Of a stretch of DNA of 64,000 bases, positions 29,728 through 39,600 are shown one piece after another; positions within the stretch are counted from its first letter, which is position 1; each line of letters opens with the position of its first letter. A model generated the notes under the pieces. It was not told the DNA's origin, searched no databases, and was given only the letters and a program-made list of their open reading frames with translations. The stretch is from Bacteroidota bacterium (lineage in GTDB: Bacteria; Bacteroidota; Bacteroidia; AKYH767-A; 2013-40CM-41-45). The position numbers and the translations under genes are program-made. The stretch is taken from positions 42,708 through 106,707 of the forward strand of contig JANLPR010000118.1 in NCBI GenBank assembly GCA_031367345.1. The letters run 5' to 3'.

Positions 29728-32700
29728 TTATTTTATTTCTTTTCGGATGAGTTCGAGATAACCATGCTTTTCGCCTGACTTAGCTGTCATAATCCAGTAG
29801 TAAACACCATCAGATGCATCTGTTCCATCTTCTGTTCGACCATCCCATTTAAAATCGGGATTGTTCGATTCATACATTTTCTTTCCCCAACGATTGAAAA
29901 TGATAATTCTAAAGTTAAGTTGTCTACAAGCAAAATTGATATGGAAGAAATCGTTTTTATTATCACCATTCGGAGTAAATACGTTTGGAATAGTATCAGA
30001 AGTTTCAACACAAGGGCAATAATTAATTCTGACAGAATCGATAGCAGAACAACCTAAGTTACCGTAACCAACTTCAACATAGTAATATTGGCTTTGACCC
30101 GATGTAGTTAAAGAGAAACTTCCTGAGCCATTACTAAACACATAAGGTGCTGGAGACCATGTATAGGTGTAAGGAGGAGTGTTCGAAGGATCACTCACAG
30201 AAACTTGAACGCTTGAAGTACCACCGTCGCTAATACAAATTAAAGATGAGTCGATATTTGCTGAGACGAGAGAAGTAACAGTAACAGTTCCATTTTGAGG
30301 AGTTGGAATATAACAGAAACTATTTGCCAATTGAAATCCGAGATAAAACTGTGGAGTATAAACTCCAGGTAGAGTATAAGTGTGAGACACATTCAACAAA
30401 TTGGTACCATTTGATACACTTCCACCTCCAAAATCCCAGGCATAAACACTCGATCCGGTTGCAACACCTGTAAACTGGACCGTTAATGGACGGCAGCCAA
30501 TGTTAGGAGTGAAACTAAACGATCCTGTAGGTCCGGCAACTACAACAGCAGAAGGAACACTAAATGTATCACGACATCCTAAGCTGTTAGTTACAACCAA
30601 AGAAGCATCATAGCTTCCCGGTGGAACATTGTAAGCATAAAAATAATCCGGTCCCCAAGTACCAACACTATCTACAGTTACATTCCAAGCATAATTAGAA
30701 ACATACAAATTGCTGTCAGAGTGGAAAGTGCCAAAAACTTGAGCTTTTTTAATTCCACTTGTATCGGTTACACAAGTATCTAAAGTAGATACAGTAAAAT
30801 GTGCATCGGTGGTGTAGATGAATATATTTTTATCGATAGAATCGCGACAACCATTTCCATCTATTACAAGTAAATGTACCGGGTACAATCCATTCTGTGA
30901 GTATGAATGCGTATTTGTATTTGTTGATACAGTAGAAGGAGGTGTTGCATCGCCGAAAGTCCATGTGTAAGAAACCGGACTTGCAGCATTTCCGGCAGAA
31001 GCAGTAAAGATTTCTGATGTTGATCGACAACCAAGAGTATCGTTTAAAATTGCAGCAGTAGGTTTAGATGGATTGATATAGTTAACTGACGTGTGAGTAT
31101 CTGTACATCCATTTACATCGGTTACTGTGAGTGTAATTGTATACAATCCGGGAGAACTATAATTATGTGTAACAACACCCGTATTACTTAATGTATCAGC
31201 CATTCCACCACCATAATTCCAACGCCACTGGTTAACAGCGCCACCTTCAGTTAAACTGGTATCGGTAAATGTTACTCCAACCGGGGCACAACCCCCGAGT
31301 GGATTTCCTGTAAATCCAGCTGTTGGTCCTAAGATATGGATTTGCTTAGTCTGCACTCCAATACAACCATGAATATCGGTGATTGAAAGAGTGGCAGTAT
31401 AAAATCCTGGACGAGAATAAAGATGCAATGTATCTGCTGTAAAAGATGTATCGCGAACACCCGGAATTCCTTCGCCAAAAGTCCACATCAAAGAATTTAC
31501 ATCGGTAGAGCCGCTACCAATAAAATTAATAGTACCGGCATGACAAGCACGAGCAGTATCGACAGCAATCACAGCAGTTGGAACAGTAATACGAACCGAC
31601 AAAATAGTATCAACTACACAGCCGGTGGTTGTACTAGTTGCTGTTAAGACAACATTATAGATTCCGGTTGCAGCGTAGGTATGAGCAGGATCAGTGACTG
31701 CTGAAGTAGCAGAAGCATCACCAAAATTCCACTGATAACTGGTTGCACCACCACTTAAATTTGTGAACGCAATCGTGTAAGGTGTTGCACAAGAGTATCC
31801 GATACTAAAATTGGGAAGAGGTGATAAAACAGTGATAAGGTCGAGTTGCTGAATAGTATCTGGGCAACCATTATAAAATGCAATCAAGGTTACATCAAAA
31901 GGATTAGCAATAGTAGACGTATCAAGGTTATATTCATAATTCGGATTTTGCGAAGTAGAACTTCCGCCATCACCAAAATTCCAAAGCCAACCGGTAACAG
32001 GCAATGGAGTAAGATCTGTAAATTGTACGCTCTGTTGGAAACAAATTTGGTGAGGTGTTGCACTAAAATTAGCTGTAGGTGTGGTACCAACTGCAATAAA
32101 AGCAGGCTTAGTCAAAGTCGCAGTACAACCATCGGTAGTTGTGATCGTAAGTGTAACGGTAAAAATGCCAACAGAATTATACTGATGTGAAATGTTTGGA
32201 GTAGTAGAAGATTGATTTCCGGTTCCGTCACCAAAATTCCAGACATAACTTTGAACATTCGGATTAGCAGGCGAATTGACAAAGGCAGTAAAATTGAATG
32301 TCTTTCCAACGCACCCGCTATCTTTTTGTGAAAAATCAAGTGTAGGTTTTATTATTTGGATGTATTGCTGACGAGTAAGAGAATCAGTACAACCGTTAAC
32401 ATCAACAACTACTAGAGTAATATTGTACAAACCGAAATTATTAAACGTGTGTGAAGGGTTTTGAACAGCCGATGAATTAGACGCGCCACTTGTTGCATCT
32501 CCGAATGTCCATGCCCATGATGTAAGATTAGAAACAGTATCTTGAAACGCAACAGTGAAAGGAGTGTCACAAGCATTATTATCTGTGGTAAAGAACAGTG
32601 CCGATGGTTTAGGGTGAACAATAATATTTCTTGTAGCTGTACTTGTACAAGATCCTAAAGTGATCGTTAAAGTAGTGGTGTAAGATCCGGGTGTTGAATA

Positions 32701-33708
32701 AAAATGACTTGGGTTTTGACTTATAGAACTATTGTAAGTTCCGCTTGCAGGATCTCCAAAATTCCATAAAATAGTAGCACCAAGAGGCACACTGGTATTG
32801 CTGTAATTAATATTAGAGAATCGACAAATAGAAGTGTCGGATAAAGTAAACGAAGCAGAAGGCGGTTGAATTTGAATAGTAAAAGTATCTACGGCAAGAC
32901 AACCTGTAACGCCTGCAGTAAGAGTTACCAGGTAATTGCCTGTTGAATTATAAATATGACTAGGAGTAGTAAAAGTTGAGGTGTTAGAAGCCCCACTTCC
33001 CGGGTCTCCGAAATTCCAATCGAATGTTGTAGTACCTGTTGAGTTATTCCCGAATGAAACAGTAGTAGGCGTAGTACAAGATGTTAGTGAAGCAATGGTT
33101 AGATCGGCCACCGGTTGAGGGAAAATATAAAGCAAATCGCTGAATGTACTATTACAACCATTTACATCGCTGATCAATAAGTTAGGAGTAAATACTTTTA
33201 CTTGATTTGTCCCATTAATGTAAGTGTGAACAATAGAAGAAGTACCATTTACAGGGAGACTACCATCGTTAAAAGTCCAAGTATAAACATTTATCGCACC
33301 ATCACCTTGAATTGAATTGCTGCTTAGTGTAATAGCTGTACCAGAACAAGCGGTATCAGGAGTAAGAGTAAAACTGGCCTTAGGGCTAGCAAAAACTCGA
33401 ATGTAATTCGTTTTTACAATGGTGTTGCTAAAAGACGTATTGCTCGCTATGAGGGTAACGGTGTATTGACCGGGAGTCTGATAGTTGTGAGAAGGATTTT
33501 GATTGGGAGCATGCCCTGTACCATCGCCAAAATCCCAATCCCAAGTCGTAGGAGTGCCACTAGAGCCATCAGTAAAATTGACAAGTAAAGGATCACATCC
33601 ACTTGTAACATCAGATGTAAAGTTAGCTGTGATTTGTGCAATAGATTGATTTGCAGAAAATAATAGTAAGCAAACGACAAGAATAGTTCTTGTATAAATT
33701 AACTTCAT
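29728..33708 (-). CDS. Large PKD-repeat surface protein (about 11 PKD domains) with a T9SS type-B C-terminal sorting domain (gliding-motility-associated CTD)
   Basis: Signal peptide. The motif W[DNT]FGDG/FGDP/FGDA repeats at about 85-90-aa spacing. The C-terminus is NVFTPNGDNKNDFF...WDGR...GVYYW, the type-B CTD. Confidence 0.85.
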   Translation of the reverse strand: MKLIYTRTILVVCLLLFSANQSIAQITANFTSDVTSGCDPLLVNFTDGSSGTPTTWDWDFGDGTGHAPNQNPSHNYQTPGQYTVTLIASNTSFSNTIVKTNYIRVFASPKASFTLTPDTACSGTAITLSSNSIQGDGAINVYTWTFNDGSLPVNGTSSIVHTYINGTNQVKVFTPNLLISDVNGCNSTFSDLLYIFPQPVADLTIASLTSCTTPTTVSFGNNSTGTTTFDWNFGDPGSGASNTSTFTTPSHIYNSTGNYLVTLTAGVTGCLAVDTFTIQIQPPSASFTLSDTSICRFSNINYSNTSVPLGATILWNFGDPASGTYNSSISQNPSHFYSTPGSYTTTLTITLGSCTSTATRNIIVHPKPSALFFTTDNNACDTPFTVAFQDTVSNLTSWAWTFGDATSGASNSSAVQNPSHTFNNFGLYNITLVVVDVNGCTDSLTRQQYIQIIKPTLDFSQKDSGCVGKTFNFTAFVNSPANPNVQSYVWNFGDGTGNQSSTTPNISHQYNSVGIFTVTLTITTTDGCTATLTKPAFIAVGTTPTANFSATPHQICFQQSVQFTDLTPLPVTGWLWNFGDGGSSTSQNPNYEYNLDTSTIANPFDVTLIAFYNGCPDTIQQLDLITVLSPLPNFSIGYSCATPYTIAFTNLSGGATSYQWNFGDASATSAVTDPAHTYAATGIYNVVLTATSTTTGCVVDTILSVRITVPTAVIAVDTARACHAGTINFIGSGSTDVNSLMWTFGEGIPGVRDTSFTADTLHLYSRPGFYTATLSITDIHGCIGVQTKQIHILGPTAGFTGNPLGGCAPVGVTFTDTSLTEGGAVNQWRWNYGGGMADTLSNTGVVTHNYSSPGLYTITLTVTDVNGCTDTHTSVNYINPSKPTAAILNDTLGCRSTSEIFTASAGNAASPVSYTWTFGDATPPSTVSTNTNTHSYSQNGLYPVHLLVIDGNGCRDSIDKNIFIYTTDAHFTVSTLDTCVTDTSGIKKAQVFGTFHSDSNLYVSNYAWNVTVDSVGTWGPDYFYAYNVPPGSYDASLVVTNSLGCRDTFSVPSAVVVAGPTGSFSFTPNIGCRPLTVQFTGVATGSSVYAWDFGGGSVSNGTNLLNVSHTYTLPGVYTPQFYLGFQLANSFCYIPTPQNGTVTVTSLVSANIDSSLICISDGGTSSVQVSVSDPSNTPPYTYTWSPAPYVFSNGSGSFSLTTSGQSQYYYVEVGYGNLGCSAIDSVRINYCPCVETSDTIPNVFTPNGDNKNDFFHINFACRQLNFRIIIFNRWGKKMYESNNPDFKWDGRTEDGTDASDGVYYWIMTAKSGEKHGYLELIRKEIK

Positions 33709-33739
33709 AGTAAGTTGTGAGTTAGTTTTTGAGACGATT

Positions 33740-33747
33740 CAAATGTA
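33740..33747 (-). promoter_or_regulatory. TAnnTTTG -7 box (TACATTTG on the minus strand) for the PKD adhesin gene
   Basis: Exact consensus match about 32 nt upstream of the ATG at 33708. Confidence 0.35.
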
Positions 33748-33942
33748 AAAGAAAATTTCAAAACTGCCTTACTATTAGCGTAAAAGCCAAGAAAAACTAT
33801 CACCTAGTTTTATAGGTCGAAAAAAAATCAAAATCGGAGCGATTGGCCACGAGTTCAAATGATGATTTGTGAGTAAAATTGTTACTATTATTCTGTTTAA
33901 GCCCGCATAAACTTGCTAATGAATGATTAAAATGCATCCGAA

Positions 33943-35019
33943 ATGGCTGCATATATTATAAGACGATTGCTCAATGGATTTTTAGTTATTGGAGGCGTTA
34001 TTGTCATTATTTTCTTTCTTTTCACCATTCTTCCTGCCGATCCGGCAAGGATGATGTTGGGACAAAGGGCAGATAGTTCATCGATTGCAATCATAAATCG
34101 CGACTTAGGAATTGATCAGCCAGTCTCTATCCGATTTTTGATGTACTTGAACGACCTTTCACCTGTTTCGGTATTTTCTCAAACAACTTCCAGTCATTTT
34201 TTTGAAGACTCACTCAAATATGGATCGGTATTCCATTTACTTCAAGTTGATAAAAAATGGATCGTCTTAAAAAAACCCTACTTAAGAAGGTCGTACCAGT
34301 CCAAGAAAAACGTTAACGAGATTTTAGCTGAAAAAATACCCGATACTGCAGTTTTGGCATTGACATCCATAGTATTTGCATCCTTTTTCGGAATAATACT
34401 AGGAGTTATTGCTGCGATGAAGAAAAAAACCAAGTGGGATAGATTTATCTTAAGTATATCACTTTCCGGAGTTTCAATGCCTTCTTTTTTTGCAGCCATT
34501 CTTTTTGCTTGGCTTTTTGGTTTTGTTTTGAGTAAATATACCGGACTAAACATGACAGGAGGATTGTTCGACATAGACCCATTTACCGGGATTCATTTAA
34601 ATTTAAAAAATCTAATACTACCTTCCATCGTTCTTGGATTAAGGCCAATGGCAATTATTGTTCAACTAACACGCAGCTCTATGCTTGATGTATTAAATCA
34701 AGATTATATGCGAACAGCAAAAGCAAAAGGATTAAATAAAAAAACAAGAATATTAAAACATGGCTTAGTCAACGCACTTAATCCGGTAATTACTGCAATC
34801 AGCGGTTGGCTAGGTTCCTTGCTCGCAGGTGCTGTTTTCATAGAATTCATTTTCGGATGGAATGGAATTGGAAAATTAACCGTTACCGCACTAGACAATT
34901 ACGACCTTCCCGTAGTAATGGGCATCGTCTTACTTATTTCTGTCATCTTTATCTTGCTAAATATCCTTGCTGACTTTTTAAATGCAATGGTAGATCCAAG
35001 AATTAGATTGGAAAAATAA
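33943..35019 (+). CDS. ABC transporter permease of the DppB/OppB family
   Basis: N-terminus IIRRLLNGFLVIGGVIVIIFFLFTILPADPARMMLG, and an EAA-like loop (MRTAKAKGL). No partner dppC/A/D/F genes in the window. Confidence 0.7.
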   Translation: MAAYIIRRLLNGFLVIGGVIVIIFFLFTILPADPARMMLGQRADSSSIAIINRDLGIDQPVSIRFLMYLNDLSPVSVFSQTTSSHFFEDSLKYGSVFHLLQVDKKWIVLKKPYLRRSYQSKKNVNEILAEKIPDTAVLALTSIVFASFFGIILGVIAAMKKKTKWDRFILSISLSGVSMPSFFAAILFAWLFGFVLSKYTGLNMTGGLFDIDPFTGIHLNLKNLILPSIVLGLRPMAIIVQLTRSSMLDVLNQDYMRTAKAKGLNKKTRILKHGLVNALNPVITAISGWLGSLLAGAVFIEFIFGWNGIGKLTVTALDNYDLPVVMGIVLLISVIFILLNILADFLNAMVDPRIRLEK

Positions 35020-35045
35020 AAATAACTTTATATTATAAAAAGCGA

Positions 35046-35813
35046 ATGAGAAAAAAAATTGTGGCCGGAAATTGGAAAATGAATCTTTCATTTGCAGAGG
35101 CGATGGCTTTAATTGATAATTTAGTTATCAGCAATGAAAATACCAATGATGTAGAAATTATTCTTGCTTCTCCATTTATATACCTTCATCAGTTAATTAA
35201 CCGAATACAATCGAATCCGTCATTCTACATTTCAGCACAGAACTGTTCCGAAAAAATACAAGGTGCTTATACAGGCGAAGTTTCAGCTTCCATGTTAACT
35301 TCCATTGGAGTAGATTATGTTCTGATTGGTCATTCGGAAAGGCGGCAATATTTTCATGAAACCCATGATATTCTTAAAGAGAAAATAAATAGAGCATTAG
35401 AAAACGGATTGCTTCCTATTTTTTGTTGTGGAGAACAATTAAACGATAGGAATAGCGAACAACAATTTGATATTGTAAAAAAGCAAATAGAAGATTCGCT
35501 CTTTCATTTAAATAACCATGAACTTGGCGATATAGTGATTGCTTATGAACCGGTATGGGCAATAGGTACAGGGAAAACCGCCAGCGCCACTCAAGCACAA
35601 GAAATGCATGAATACATTAGAAAAATAATTTCCGATCGGTATTCTAAAGCATTGGGCAATCAGATCTCTATCCTTTATGGAGGAAGTGTTAATTCGCAAA
35701 ATGCAAAAGAATTGTTTGAATGCGATGATATCGACGGAGCATTAGTTGGAGGAGCGTCACTAAAGGAAAGCGATTTTAATGCAATTATAAAAGCACTTAT
35801 TGCTGTTTCATAA
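35046..35813 (+). CDS. tpiA: Triosephosphate isomerase
   Basis: VAGNWKMN, IGHSERR, AYEPVWAIGTG, and GGSV. Confidence 0.92.
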   Translation: MRKKIVAGNWKMNLSFAEAMALIDNLVISNENTNDVEIILASPFIYLHQLINRIQSNPSFYISAQNCSEKIQGAYTGEVSASMLTSIGVDYVLIGHSERRQYFHETHDILKEKINRALENGLLPIFCCGEQLNDRNSEQQFDIVKKQIEDSLFHLNNHELGDIVIAYEPVWAIGTGKTASATQAQEMHEYIRKIISDRYSKALGNQISILYGGSVNSQNAKELFECDDIDGALVGGASLKESDFNAIIKALIAVS

Positions 35814-35822
35814 AAAAAGAAA

Positions 35823-36647
35823 ATGGATTACATAGAAGTAAAATTTACAAATCCTGTTGAGTTAAACGAAATCATATTAGCATTTCTTAGTGATTCTGAC
35901 TATGAAATGTTTGAGGAAAATGAGCAGGGAATGAATGCGTACATTCAACAAGAAAAATATTCTGAGTCTGATTTGATTTCGCTACTATCGGCAATCCCAA
36001 ATCATGAAAAGATCAACTATGAAATAGCTGTCATAGAAGGAAAAAACTGGAATAAAGAATGGGAAAGTAATTTTTCGCCGGTAGATATAAATGATACAGT
36101 TTTCATTCGAGCGCCATTTCATCCGGCTAATGATCACTATAAACACGAGATAATTATTGAACCTAAAATGTCTTTTGGAACCGGGCATCATCCAACTACA
36201 ACATTAATGATTCAATTAATGCTTGAAAACAATTTCAAGAATAGATCGGTTCTGGATATGGGCTGTGGGAGCGGAATATTAGCCATACTTGCTTCCCAAT
36301 TAGGTGCCAACACTATTTTAGCTGTCGATTTTGATCAATGGGCATATGAAAACACAATTGAAAATTGTGAGCGAAATAATGCTAAAGAAATTGAAGTTCT
36401 CAAAGGAAATGTAAATGCTATTATTGGAAAAAAGTTCGATTTTATTTTGGCGAATATAAATCGTAACATATTACTATCAGACACTTTTCAGTATGCAAGT
36501 TGCTTGAATGAACATGGAACCCTTATGCAAAGTGGATTTTTAATAGAAGATGAAAAATTACTAATTGAAAACGCAAATAATTTTGGCTTGAATCACATTA
36601 CTTCAGTACACAAAGAAAAATGGTCAGCAATGACATTCCAACTTTAA
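35823..36647 (+). CDS. prmA: Ribosomal protein L11 methyltransferase
   Basis: FGTGHHPTT and the SAM motif VLDMGCGSGILAI. Confidence 0.85.
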   Translation: MDYIEVKFTNPVELNEIILAFLSDSDYEMFEENEQGMNAYIQQEKYSESDLISLLSAIPNHEKINYEIAVIEGKNWNKEWESNFSPVDINDTVFIRAPFHPANDHYKHEIIIEPKMSFGTGHHPTTTLMIQLMLENNFKNRSVLDMGCGSGILAILASQLGANTILAVDFDQWAYENTIENCERNNAKEIEVLKGNVNAIIGKKFDFILANINRNILLSDTFQYASCLNEHGTLMQSGFLIEDEKLLIENANNFGLNHITSVHKEKWSAMTFQL

Positions 36648-36667
36648 ACTGAAAAAAACATTAATCA

Positions 36668-39600
36668 ATGAAAAGAATTATTTTCCTCATTACTCTATTT
36701 ATTGCAATCGTTGGTTTTGGAAATAGATGTCAAAGTCAGTCCATTAAAAACTTTACATCTGATCCGATAAAATTTATTGATGAGATGCAAAAATTTCTAG
36801 AAGAAACGGATAAGAAAGAAGGAGGGAAAATAATGGACGAATTTATACCACTTTGGACCGGTTCAAAATTTAATCCTTCTCAACAAGACGCTATTTACAA
36901 AACAGCAAATGCTATGCTTAGAAAAAGAATGAAGGCATTTCCAGACTTTCGAAACTATTTAGCCGCATTAACAAGCTTTGCTAATAGCCAACAAAGTCAA
37001 TTAAGTTTTACATCATGGCAAGCGAGTCTCGATAAGTTATTGCTATTACCTCCTCGGTTTTATACTAATTATATTACAACATGTAACACTCTTTTTAAAG
37101 ACAATACTCTCTATTCATCTGCTTCAACAAATTGGCATAGTGATAATAACTCTTATTCTTTTGAATTTGATTCTTTACCAAAAATAGTTTTTCCTTCCTT
37201 ATCATTAATATGCACTTCCAAAGGCGATTCATCTGTTATATATCAAACAAAAGGATTTCTTTATCCTACGCAACAAAAATTTTACGGCCAAGGAGGAAAA
37301 GTTAATTGGAATAGGGCAGGATGGGATGAAAGCGTAATCCATGCTACTTTGCATGATTATATTATTGACTTAACAGGAAGCGATTTTTCGGCAGACTCAG
37401 TTGATTTTTTCAACTCAAACTATTTTAATAAACCATTAAAGGGAACATACAGCGATAAAATTCTTGCAAATGTTAGTGTAGAAACGGCCTCTTACCCAAG
37501 ATTTGTCTCTACACAGTCAGGAATAGAAATAAAAAATATTGTACCAGATGTAGATTATATAGGAGGTTTTTCGATGGTTGGAAATAAAATGGTAGGATCG
37601 GGTACCGTTGATGAACCTGCGCACATTATCTTTTTCCGTGAACACAAACCATTTTTTGTTTTAGGATCAAAAAGTTTTGCTGTTAGAAAAGACCGAGTGA
37701 CGAGTGATAATGCCACTGTTACAATTTATTTCGAGAAAGACTCTATTTTTCATCCATCGTTAACTTTTAAATACATCGTAAAGGATCGGGAAATTGCTCT
37801 GATTAGAGCAGAAGACGGAAAATCAAAATCGCCTTACTTTGATTCGTATCATCAGATTGATATGTTTTTTGATGGCTTATATTGGAAAATCGATGAACCA
37901 ATTATCAATATGAAAATGATAAGTGGTCAAGGTGAAAGTAAAGCAACATTTGAGTCTAGTAATTACTTTCGTAAACTTCGCTTTTTGAGACTTCAAGGAT
38001 TGAGCCAGGTGCATCCGCTATTTACTTTGAAAGAATACTCTATAAAACACGACACAAAAGTTATTTATACGGAAGATCTGGCAAAGGAAATGAAATTGCC
38101 CGATAGTGAAGTGAGAAGCATGTTCATCCGTTTTTCAGATGAAGGATTAATCACTTATGACGCATCAGAAGATAAAGCAATAATTAAAGACAGACTTTTT
38201 TATTATTTATTAGCAAATGTTGGCAAAACAGATTACGACGTACTTCAATTTGAATCGATCATTAGTCAAAAATCGAATGCCTCGATCAATCTATTGAATT
38301 TCGAAATTACAATGCGCGGACTTGCACCTATTAACTTAAGCGATTCACAAAACGTTGTAATATATCCGACAGAGCAAGAAGTGAAAATTCAAAAGAACAG
38401 AAATTTCACTTTTGCCGGAAGAGTTCATGCCGGGCGCTTTGACTTCTTTGGTAAATCATTTTCATTCGACTATCAAAATTTTAAAATCAATCTCGACAAT
38501 GTCGATTCGCTTCGTTTGAAAGTAGAGTCAAACGATCCTTCAGAAGTTGATGATTATGGAAAAAGAAAATTAGTTCCGGTAAGAAGTGTATTGGAAAATA
38601 TTACCGGCGACTTATTGATCGATTTTCAAGGCAATAAATCGGGACTGCACGATTATCCGAATTACCCAATCTTCAATTCTAAAAAAGATTCTTATGTTAA
38701 TTATGATAAAACATTTATACAAGATGGTGTTTATTCTCGCGATAAATTTTTCTTTCATCTTGATCCATTTACCATTGACTCTTTGGATAATTTCTCAAAA
38801 GAAGGGCTTCGATTTAACGGAGAACTAGTATCAGCAGGAATTTTCCCTGACTTCAAAGACACACTGCGTCTTCAACCTGATTTATCGTTAGGCCTCACAA
38901 GGAATACCGGGACTGAAGGATGGGTTGCTTATAGTGGAAAAGGGAAGTTTACAAATAAGATTGATCTCAGTAACGCAGGACTACATGGTGACGGTACGCT
39001 CGATTATCTTGCTTCTACATCCAAGTCGAACGATTTTTTGTTTTTGCCGGACTCAATGAATTCAAATGTAAATTTATTTAGTAATAAAAAGGAAGTTTTG
39101 GCAGGGGTTGAATTCCCTGATGTAAAAGCAAGCGATGTTCGAGTTCATTGGGAACCCAAAAACGATGTGATGTATGTAAATAAAAAGGAGAAAGATTTAG
39201 TGATGTATGAAGCACAAGCAAATTTGAATGGGAATTTGCAATTGAAACCATTGGGCTTAACCGGAAATGGCATTATGAGTTTTGCTTCAAGTGAATTGGA
39301 AGCAAAATTATTTAAATATAAAACGAATGTGTTTGAATCAGATACATCAGATTTTAGATTGAGTTCGAATAATACCGCTGCGCTTGCCTTTTCTACTAAG
39401 AATGTAAATTCACACATTGATTTTACAAAACGTGTTGGAGATTTTAAGTCGAACGGCGGAGGATCGTATGTAAGTTTCCCCTTGAATCAATACATCTGTT
39501 ACATCGATCAATTTAAATGGTTCATGGATCAAGAATCCATCGAATTGTCGTCGAGCGATAAAAATGCGAATAAAGGAGATACATTAGAAAGTAATTTAAA

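Noticed and set aside
29787-33680. Numerous 60-114-aa ORFs on both strands inside the PKD adhesin gene
   Set aside because: They are nested inside or antisense to a 1326-aa ORF with clear domain periodicity. They are artefacts of the repetitive, GC-richer PKD codons.
29728-33708. Periodic nucleotide repeats that might be taken for a CRISPR or tandem-repeat array
   Set aside because: The periodicity is about 260-270 nt and is degenerate, and it sits in-frame in a coding gene. That is PKD domain repeats, not direct repeats with spacers.
33709-33942. tRNA-like fragment ('ggagcgattggccacgagttcaaatg')
   Set aside because: It only superficially resembles a T-arm. There is no acceptor stem or anticodon arm, and no GTTC-R-A-NYC consensus.
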